Assembly: GCA_041476685.1 (NCBI GenBank)
Contig: JBGOTW010000002.1
Coordinates: 1 to 51,890, forward strand
Length of the DNA: 51,890 nt
Direction: 5' to 3'
From: a bacterium
GTDB lineage: Bacteria; SAR324; JACQKK01
Shown here: positions 16,045 through 22,717 of the stretch, one piece after another
Layout: the number at the start of each line of letters is the position of its first letter
Position numbering within the stretch: the first letter of the stretch is position 1
Notes under the pieces: generated by a model
What the model was told of the DNA's origin: nothing
The model's input: the letters and a program-made list of their open reading frames with translations, nothing else
The model's database searches: none
Made by a program: the position numbers and the translations under genes

Positions 16045-16683
16045 TCACGGCTTCGCGTCGGCTCCAGGCGCCTTACCTGCCAGCACATGCTGCACCAACT
16101 GCTCCAACACATCGTAGGGCTGGGCTCCGACGACACCATAGCCTCCTGCCACGAAGGTCGGGACGCCCGTCACTCCCGCTTGCGCCGAGCGGCGCCAATC
16201 CTCGTCCACCGCATCGGAAAACGCCCGCGAATCCAGCACGCGCGCGGCCTCCGTGCCGGAAAGCCCGGCTGCATTCGCGATCGCGACCAATGCCTGGGGC
16301 AGGCCGATATTCCGCCCATCCACGAAGTAGGCGCGAAACAATGCGTCGTGAATCTTCTCGCCTCCGGGCTGCGTATCCGCCCACTTGGCCATCTCCTGGG
16401 CCAGGCGTGAATTGTAGGTGTGCGTGCGCTTCGAATATACCAGGCCTTCCTGGGCCATCAATCCCGCCATGCGCTCGTGGGCCTGCGCCGGGTCAATCCC
16501 CCGGCTCTTGTAGAAATCCGCCAGCAGCGAGCCTTCCTGGGGCGTCTCCGGATGCAGGGGGAACTGCACGTAGCGCACCTGGACAGGGAATTCACGTTTA
16601 AGCTTTTCAACACGCCCGGTGCTGAGATAGCACCAGGGTCAGACATAGTCGGAGAACACCTCCACGAGCAGGGGCTCGGACAT
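16045..16683 (-). CDS. DsbA/FrnE-like thiol-disulfide oxidoreductase with in-frame TGA at the first redox Cys (candidate selenoprotein, UPWC motif; alternatively a nonsense pseudogene)
   Basis: The tracked ORF 16045..16578 lacks the redox motif. Reading the same frame upstream gives ATG(16683) SEPLLVEVFSDYV-TGA-PWCYLSTGRVEKLKREFPVQVRYVQFPLHPETP..., which is the canonical F.D..CPWCY start of this family with TGA (16639-16641) in place of the first Cys. The C-terminus GVTGVPTFV is typical of the DsbA fold. Confidence 0.65.
16615..16638 (-). promoter_or_regulatory. Hairpin immediately 3' of the in-frame UGA (candidate bacterial SECIS element)
   Basis: The mRNA reads CCC-U-GGUGCU AUCUC AGCACC GGG, giving 9 bp with one bulged U and a 5-nt loop, starting at the first nucleotide after UGA. 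The loop lacks the G usually seen in SelB-binding loops, so support is partial. Confidence 0.4.
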
Positions 16684-16878
16684 GACAGGCCTCGCGGCAA
16701 TCGGATGTAGGCACTGGGGCTCCGGAGCGACGCGGCACTCGGGGCGCCACAAGGGCGGCCGCCGCGACTTCCGCCGCGTCGCATCGTCCTCAGGGCCAGA
16801 CTACAGGCGGCGCCCGCAGGGAGCAAATCGTCCGGCTCGTCCCGATTCTGACGCGAAGAATTCCTCTCCATCGGCGCC

Positions 16879-17761
16879 ATGCCGCACATGAGTGAACTGC
16901 GCCCTCTCGTCGCCGCGGCTCTACTGGCTCTGTTCGTGACCGGGTGCGCCGGCACGCCGCAGGAAATGCCTGGTCCTACGAACGTCCAGGTCCGCGGCAC
17001 GACCGACTGCGGTCCGATCGAGTACGTGGAAATTTCGCAGCGCGCTGGCGTGACACAAAGATTCCTAGTGCTTCACGCAAGGCAGCCCGTCGGCAGCGTG
17101 ATCCTGTTCACCGACAGCGATGGCCGGCTGCGCCTGCGACGGGCCGGGACGCTCGAGCGGGGCGCCAACTTTCACGTCCGCGTGCGCAAGGTATTCGCCG
17201 CTGCGGGGTTCAACGTCCCGCTGGTGGACATGCCTTCCGATCAATTCTCGCTGCGCGCATTTCCGCACCTGGGCCGCCCATGTGCTTGACGTCAAGGGCG
17301 TAATCGCCTACATGCGCGGGCAGCAGGAGGGTCCGGTCTGGCGGATCGGGACGAGCAACGGCACGATATCGCTGGCCAACGCCGCGGCGCGCCTCACCCG
17401 AGGCGGACCGGACGGCATCGTGCTGACCTCCACCGTCTCCCTGTCAGGCACCTCCGTGCACAATACCGGCCTGGGCGCGATCCGCATGCCGGTGCTGATC
17501 GTCCACCACGAGCCGGATCTGTGCGCTGCATCTCCAGTCTCGGCGGCCCGCATCCTGGTTGGCAAGCTGAAGGCGGCCAGTCTCTTGGCATTGCTGACGT
17601 TATCGGGCGGATCGCCGCCAGAGACTGGGCCGTGCGAGCCGTTCAGCCCGCACGGCTACTTCGGCATCGGGCAGAAGGTGGTGGACGCGATCGCGCAATG
17701 GCTGATAAGCGACGCGCCGCCTCGGGCGCTGCCGCCTGCCACCCCGACGCCTCGCCCTTAG
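16879..17761 (+). pseudogene. Alpha/beta-hydrolase lipoprotein disrupted by a +1 frame change near 17263 (pseudogene or sequencing error)
   Basis: ORF 16879..17289 (lipobox LFVTGC; ...VPLVDMPSDQFSLRAF) continues sensibly only in ORF 17120..17761 from ...FRTWAAHVLDVKGVIAYMRGQQEGPVWRIGTSNGTISLANAA (nucleophile elbow GTSNG). Removing one C from TTTCCGC at 17260-17266 would fuse them. Confidence 0.55.
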
Positions 17762-17880
17762 GGCGCGGCATGCCGGTCCGCCCCTCACCCACCCGTAAAG
17801 AAGAACCCTTCGCTTTCTCCAGCGAACGGCGTATTTACGGCATTGGAAGGGGGCGGATCGCGCCCTGCAGGAGAAACGAA

Positions 17881-18765
17881 ATGTCGACTTTGGGGTTCAT
17901 CGGGCTGGGCATCATGGGCAATCCCATGTGCCGCAACTTGATGAAGGCCGGTCACCGCCTCTACGTTTTCGACGTACTGCCACAAGCCGTGCAGCCGCTG
18001 CTGGGTCAGGGTGCGGTAGCCTGCGCCAGCTGCCGCGAGGTAGTCGAGCGGACCGAAGTCATCTTCATTATCGTTCCCGACACTGCGGACGTGGAACGGG
18101 TACTGTTCGGACCCGGCGGCGCGGCGCAACGGCCGGCGCCCGGGAAGATCATTGTCGACATGAGCTCCATCTCCCCGGTGGAGACCAAGGAATTCGCCCA
18201 GCGCCTCGCGGCAAACGGCATCGAAATGCTCGACGCGCCCGTATCCGGCGGCGAAGTCGGGGCGGAGTCGGGTACCCTGTCCATCATGGTGGGCGGCAAA
18301 GAAGCCGTTCTGGCAAAAGTCAGGCCCTACCTGGACGTGATGGGCAAGACCATCACGCACATCGGCGACCACGGTGCGGGACAAACGGCGAAGGTTGCCA
18401 ATCAGATCATCGTGGCGCTCAACCTGGAGGCGATCTGCGAGGCGCTGCTGTTTGCCTCGAAGGCCGGGGCCGACCCTGTCAAGGTGCGCCTAGCGCTCAT
18501 GGGGGGGGCGGCCAACAGCCGGATGCTTGAAATCAAAGGCGAGTGGATTCTTGCCCACCGCTTCCAGCCGGGGTTCCGCGTCAAGCACCAGCAAAAGGAT
18601 CTCAACAACGCCCTGAACGCCGCGCGCAAGCTTGGCCTGACTCTGCCAAACACCGCGGCCACGCAGGAACTCTATAACGCCTTGCTCAGCGACGGCGGGG
18701 CGGACCTCGATCACTGCGCCCTGCTTACCGCGCTGGAGCGGCTTGCCAATTACAGGCTCGCCTAG
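17881..18765 (+). CDS. NAD(P)-dependent 2-hydroxy-3-oxopropionate (tartronate semialdehyde) reductase / 3-hydroxyisobutyrate dehydrogenase family
   Basis: Trimmed to the ATG at 17881, with AGGAG upstream. The product reads MSTLGFIGLGIMGNPMCRNLMKAGH...VDMSSISP...LDAPVSGGEVGAESGTLSIMVGG...GAGQTAKVANQ...KDLNNAL (294 aa). Confidence 0.9.
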   Translation: MSTLGFIGLGIMGNPMCRNLMKAGHRLYVFDVLPQAVQPLLGQGAVACASCREVVERTEVIFIIVPDTADVERVLFGPGGAAQRPAPGKIIVDMSSISPVETKEFAQRLAANGIEMLDAPVSGGEVGAESGTLSIMVGGKEAVLAKVRPYLDVMGKTITHIGDHGAGQTAKVANQIIVALNLEAICEALLFASKAGADPVKVRLALMGGAANSRMLEIKGEWILAHRFQPGFRVKHQQKDLNNALNAARKLGLTLPNTAATQELYNALLSDGGADLDHCALLTALERLANYRLA

Positions 18766-18777
18766 CCCGACTCCGAA

Positions 18778-18794
18778 CCCCGAGGGACTCGGGG
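18778..18794 (+). terminator. Short hairpin 13 nt after the reductase stop
   Basis: CCCCGAG-GGA-CTCGGGG (7-bp stem, 3-nt loop) with no U-tract. It lies in a convergent gap with the porin gene. Confidence 0.35.
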
Positions 18795-18873
18795 AGGAAT
18801 GCATCGGTTCCGGTAGTCCTTGCGCCGGCCCGGGAGCTTACATTCCCCCGGTCGCCGGTGCCCTCCCCATGGC

Positions 18874-20286
18874 CTAGGGCGGCCAGGCGAGACGCACGCG
18901 CAGGCTTACGACATGCACCGGACCGCGGTCGCGGTTGAAGCCGGGATTCTCGAATGCCTGGTAGTCCGGCGTGATGTACAGGAGCCGCCCAAGCTGCAGC
19001 CGGTAGTACGCCTCCACGACTGTCTCCCGCCCATAATTCAGCCGTCCGTCGCCCAGCACGAAGCCTACGCCGCCTGCCTCGAGGTACGCGCGGTGATCCG
19101 GCGACAGACCCTCGACAACCCCGCCCAGCCCGACAACATCCGTTGCCCGGCCCCACACTGCGCCGGAAACCTGCACGCCTAGGCTGAGGTGCTCGTCGGC
19201 TTCCGTGTACGCAAAGGACTCGGTCTTGCCGTCGTTCCAGCCAGCCCGCAGGAATACGCCGGTCTCGCCGCCGTGCGCGAGGGGCTGCTCGGCGCTGAGC
19301 GCCCAGCCGTACTTGATCCGGCCCGGCTCGTCGTTTGCGGCAATGTCGGGTGGCCTACCCCGTGCGAGCGCCTCCCGGTAGCTCCCCATTTTCGCCAGAT
19401 TGCGGTACGCGAGCAGCCGCAACACTCCGCCCCCGCCTCCCTCACCGCTCTCGCCCAGGGTGAGCTGCACGTTCTCCCCGCGGGCCCGCGCCAAGTCCCC
19501 ATCGAGCATATTGCCATTGGCGAATGTGGGCATCTGGAACACGCCCAGGTGCAGCGCCAGCCCGGGCCGCACCCAGCCCGTCACGATCCCATTGCTGTAG
19601 CCCCTCGTGTCCGCCGCGAAGTCCCAGGCCGTGTTGTTGATGAGCGCCCAGTTCATGAATTGCAGCCGCGTCGAATTGGCATAACGGTTCTGATCGAAGT
19701 CATCGGTCGCGGCGAGCTTGCCCAGCTTGAACTCCAGCCGCCGCACGGGTTTGGGCACGGCCAATTCGCCCGGACCCGCCTGCGCACGTTCCGTGCTCCC
19801 GGCCAGCGCAATCCACGTGCGCAGGTAAGCCCGCGCAACGTAGGGCCCTTGCCCCAGATTCACCGTCCCTACGCGCAGTTCGTCCCCATTGGGCAGCGCC
19901 GCCAGCCCGAGCGCCTGGCTCACTGCCTGTCCGCGCAGTACCTCCACGTCAAGAAAAGCGTGCAGCGCGTCGGCCAGCCGCCAACCCAGACTGACCCCAT
20001 AGGACTGGGTGGTCTGGTCGTCCCCATCGGAGACGAGGCTGTTGGGGCCATTGTAGGGCGAGGGGAATGGATACAGGTGTTGCCGTATGAGCGTGTAGTG
20101 CAGCCCGAGCAGACGCAGCGGCTCGGCATCCGAAGTTGCGGAAGGCGGCACGACGGTTTCCTGCGCCTCTGCGGGCGGCGACAGCACTGCCAGGGCAAGA
20201 CCGAGCAGCACGTGACTCAGCCACAGCGGACCCTGACGCAACGGAACAGCGCTCAACTTCCGGCGGCGCACGTCCAGCCCTGGCAT
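18874..20286 (-). CDS. oprB: Carbohydrate-selective porin, OprB family
   Basis: 470 aa. It has a signal peptide ending AEAQE, then LHYTLIRQHLYPFPSPYNGPNSL...GKLAATDDFDQNRYANSTRLQFMNWALINN...DFAADTRGYSNG...YQAFENPGFNRDRGPVHVVSLRVRLAW, characteristic of OprB-like porins. Confidence 0.85.
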   Translation of the reverse strand: MPGLDVRRRKLSAVPLRQGPLWLSHVLLGLALAVLSPPAEAQETVVPPSATSDAEPLRLLGLHYTLIRQHLYPFPSPYNGPNSLVSDGDDQTTQSYGVSLGWRLADALHAFLDVEVLRGQAVSQALGLAALPNGDELRVGTVNLGQGPYVARAYLRTWIALAGSTERAQAGPGELAVPKPVRRLEFKLGKLAATDDFDQNRYANSTRLQFMNWALINNTAWDFAADTRGYSNGIVTGWVRPGLALHLGVFQMPTFANGNMLDGDLARARGENVQLTLGESGEGGGGGVLRLLAYRNLAKMGSYREALARGRPPDIAANDEPGRIKYGWALSAEQPLAHGGETGVFLRAGWNDGKTESFAYTEADEHLSLGVQVSGAVWGRATDVVGLGGVVEGLSPDHRAYLEAGGVGFVLGDGRLNYGRETVVEAYYRLQLGRLLYITPDYQAFENPGFNRDRGPVHVVSLRVRLAWPP

Positions 20287-20455
20287 GTCACTCGTTCATG
20301 AAGGGGCCGTAGCCCGCCGTCCGCCCGCAGGTAAATCGTCGAGAGATAGCCTTGCTGGGCAGACTCCGCCATCAAAATTGTTCCGGTGGGCGCTGGCCCA
20401 CGACGGAACGCACGGCAACATCCGCATCGCCTTGGAGTCCAGGCGCACCGCCCAC

Positions 20456-22315
20456 TCAACGGATCGGGGGCGGGGGGGAACTGGCCGGGGCGGAGGCGGG
20501 CTGCGCAGAACTGCCCGACACAGGGTTCGCCGGAGCGGCGTTAGGCTGGGCTGCGCTGCCCGGAGCGTTCACCGAGGCTGGGCTGCTCGGAGCGTTGGCC
20601 GGGGCTGCGCTGCCCGGAGCGTTTGCGGGCGCTGGGCTGGTCGGAGCGGCATTCGGCGGGGCTGGACTGCCCGGCGCGTTGGTTGGGGCTGGGCTAGCCG
20701 ATGCCGGATTGGCCGGACCTGGGTTGGCCGGGCTAGGGGCAGCGGCCTTGACAGGTGTGGGGCTCGCCGCCGCCGGGCCAACAGGAGCGGTACCGGTCGG
20801 AGCGGGTGTGCTCGCCGGTATGGTGCCGGGCCGACCAGCCTGTGGACTGCGCGGGGCCGCTTGGCTGCGCGGAGCCACCTGGGTGCGCGCGGATGCTTGC
20901 GCCGGGCGGGGTGCAGGCGCCGGCGAACGGCTGGCGGAGGTTGGGCTAGGCCGCGCCGCGCGAGGCGCGGCAGGAGACTGGCCCGCACTGACCTGCACGG
21001 GCACGCGCGAGGTTCGGGGCGATGGTGCTGTCGCTTGGGATTGCGCCGTGCGCACGATAGGCCGTGCGGGGGTCGGCGCGGGAGCCTGCGCAGCAGGAGG
21101 GGCGGGAGTGGCAGCGACCTGTTGAGCTGGCGTGGCTGGCGCGCTTGCGGCCGGAACTTGAGCAGCGACCCCGGGTAGCTGCACCCGGCCCAAATTGGAC
21201 CCCCGGACTAACAATCCCGCCTGCGGCGTCGCACCCGCTGCCGGCGCCGGCGCGCGGGCCACAGGGGCTACCGGCGGGGCTCCAGGTACGGGCACGCGGC
21301 CCAGATTGGGCCCGCGGACACCTGGCTGCTGCGCCTTCCCGGCTACGGGCGCCGACGCGCGAGCCACCGGGGCTGCCGGTGGGGCGCCTGGTACGGGAAC
21401 ACGGCCCAGATTGGGCCCTCGGGCGGACAATCCTGGCTGCTGCGTCTTTCCCGCTGCGGTCACCGGCGTGCGCGCCACTGGGGTTGCCGGCGGGGCACCA
21501 GGTATGGGCTCCCGTCCCAAATTCGGCGGTCCGCCGGCCATTCCCGCCTGCGACGTCGCCCCTACTGCGGTCACCGGTACGCGTGCCGTCGGCGTTGCCG
21601 GCGGAGAACCCGGCATCGTCACCCGGCCCAGAGACCGGCGTTGTTGCGCGGGTGACTGACCCGGAGCAACTGGGGTGGCGGAGGAAGTCGGGGGCGCGCC
21701 AGGCATGGGCACCCGTCCCAGATTGGACGCGCGTGCAGCGGATCCAGGTGGGGACGTCGACCCTGCGGCAGAGACCTGGGCGCGCGCTGCCGGGGCATCC
21801 GGCGGGATTCCCGGCATGGTCACGCGACCCAGCGACCGGCGCCGCTGTGAGACGGATGGGCCGGGGGTGGGCGGATCGGCGCGCGAATCCGGAGGCGCGC
21901 CCGGCACGCCCACTCGGCCCAACGAGCGTTCGCTCCGTGCCACGGAATTTCCCGCAGCGGCCACCGGAGGAGGAGATGCTGTAGCCAGTGCCATGCGGGG
22001 TGCCGCGGGCCGGGACACCGACTCGCCCGACGCCTTGGCGTTGCCGGGAGGCGCGCTGCTTGAACCGGGGCCGGAAGTCGCCGCTGCGCCCTGAAGCTCC
22101 GGTTTCCCCGCCACGATTCTGCTCGAGGCGGGCTCTGTGTTCGGGGCTTCGGCCCTGCCGGCGACAGGACTCTTGGCCGGGGTTGGACTCGCTACTGCAC
22201 CGCCGGGCACTGTACCCTTGGCCGGATTCGTGCCCTGGCCTTGCACCCAGCTTGTCCCGAGCAGAATAAGGGTCGCCGTCAGGAGCGCTGTCCTGGCTGC
22301 AACGGGCCAGACCAT
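20456..22315 (-). CDS. Secreted proline/alanine-rich tandem-repeat protein, no recognisable globular domain
   Basis: Trimmed to the ATG at 22315, giving a signal peptide MVWPVAARTALLTATLILLGTSWVQGQ. It contains eight copies of [SN]LGR[VE]x[VMIL]PGxPP spaced about 35-38 aa apart, then a Pro/Ala/Ser/Arg tract, then about six 9-aa A-P-x-N-A-P-G-S-type repeats up to the stop. Confidence 0.6.
   Translation of the reverse strand: MVWPVAARTALLTATLILLGTSWVQGQGTNPAKGTVPGGAVASPTPAKSPVAGRAEAPNTEPASSRIVAGKPELQGAAATSGPGSSSAPPGNAKASGESVSRPAAPRMALATASPPPVAAAGNSVARSERSLGRVGVPGAPPDSRADPPTPGPSVSQRRRSLGRVTMPGIPPDAPAARAQVSAAGSTSPPGSAARASNLGRVPMPGAPPTSSATPVAPGQSPAQQRRSLGRVTMPGSPPATPTARVPVTAVGATSQAGMAGGPPNLGREPIPGAPPATPVARTPVTAAGKTQQPGLSARGPNLGRVPVPGAPPAAPVARASAPVAGKAQQPGVRGPNLGRVPVPGAPPVAPVARAPAPAAGATPQAGLLVRGSNLGRVQLPGVAAQVPAASAPATPAQQVAATPAPPAAQAPAPTPARPIVRTAQSQATAPSPRTSRVPVQVSAGQSPAAPRAARPSPTSASRSPAPAPRPAQASARTQVAPRSQAAPRSPQAGRPGTIPASTPAPTGTAPVGPAAASPTPVKAAAPSPANPGPANPASASPAPTNAPGSPAPPNAAPTSPAPANAPGSAAPANAPSSPASVNAPGSAAQPNAAPANPVSGSSAQPASAPASSPPPPIR
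21170..21940. repeat. Imperfect tandem DNA repeats (period roughly 100-113 nt, about 8 copies) inside the repeat-protein CDS
   Basis: The recurring core cc(c/g)g(g/t)cccaaattgg / cggcccagattggg appears near 21184, 21297, 21401, 21511, 21613, 21711, 21822 and 21912. A second 27-nt repeat series (gctgcgctgcccggagcgtt...) lies at about 20545-20700. Confidence 0.8.
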
Positions 22316-22717
22316 CCGGGAGTGCTTGCAAGCCACTGGGCACCGGGGTGCTGGTGAATGCCCTCCAGGGCAGCGAATCAGCGCGACAGGAATTACCGCC
22401 CCAATCCAAGGGCTGCGGGTCCGAAGGAACCCAAGGAAGCCGTGGATATCGGGTCCCTGGCGCATGGGTCGCAGAGCCTTCTGCGAGCTATGCAGATAGT
22501 GTGACACAGGCGGGGGGGAGCGGGAAATGACCTGTGGTACAGTTCCGGCACAACTGCGGTTTTGGCCGGGACACGAACCACGCAAGCTCGGGTCGGCGCT
22601 GCCTGCCGCACACGCCGCAAGTGGCCCGGTCCGATTTCGGCTTTGTCAAATCGTTGCTTGCACAGAGCGGATTGGCGTCGTGACTCAGCCTGCGTCCACT
22701 CCTGCTGGATAATCGCA

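Noticed and set aside
16458-17000. A 180-aa ORF spanning the DsbA-like 5' end and the divergent intergenic region.
   Set aside because: It is in the wrong frame relative to the DsbA-like motifs, and it has Arg/Ser/Pro-rich composition with no motif support.
17521-17880. A 120-aa N-terminal extension of the reductase ORF, and similar extensions on the tracked ORFs at 10640, 14163, 22562, 25377, 31140, 32242, 36919, 36652, 40847, 41062, 42685, 43960, 44065, 48952 and 49455.
   Set aside because: The extensions are Arg/Pro-rich, overlap neighbouring genes or intergenic DNA, and precede an internal start. That internal start has a Shine-Dalgarno-like sequence and a family-typical N-terminus.
21170-21940. 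Regularly spaced DNA repeats that might suggest a CRISPR array or a minisatellite.
   Set aside because: The repeats are ~100-113 nt, imperfect, and in-frame within a long ORF with a signal peptide. They encode a repeated peptide motif. There is no short-repeat/unique-spacer structure and there are no cas genes.
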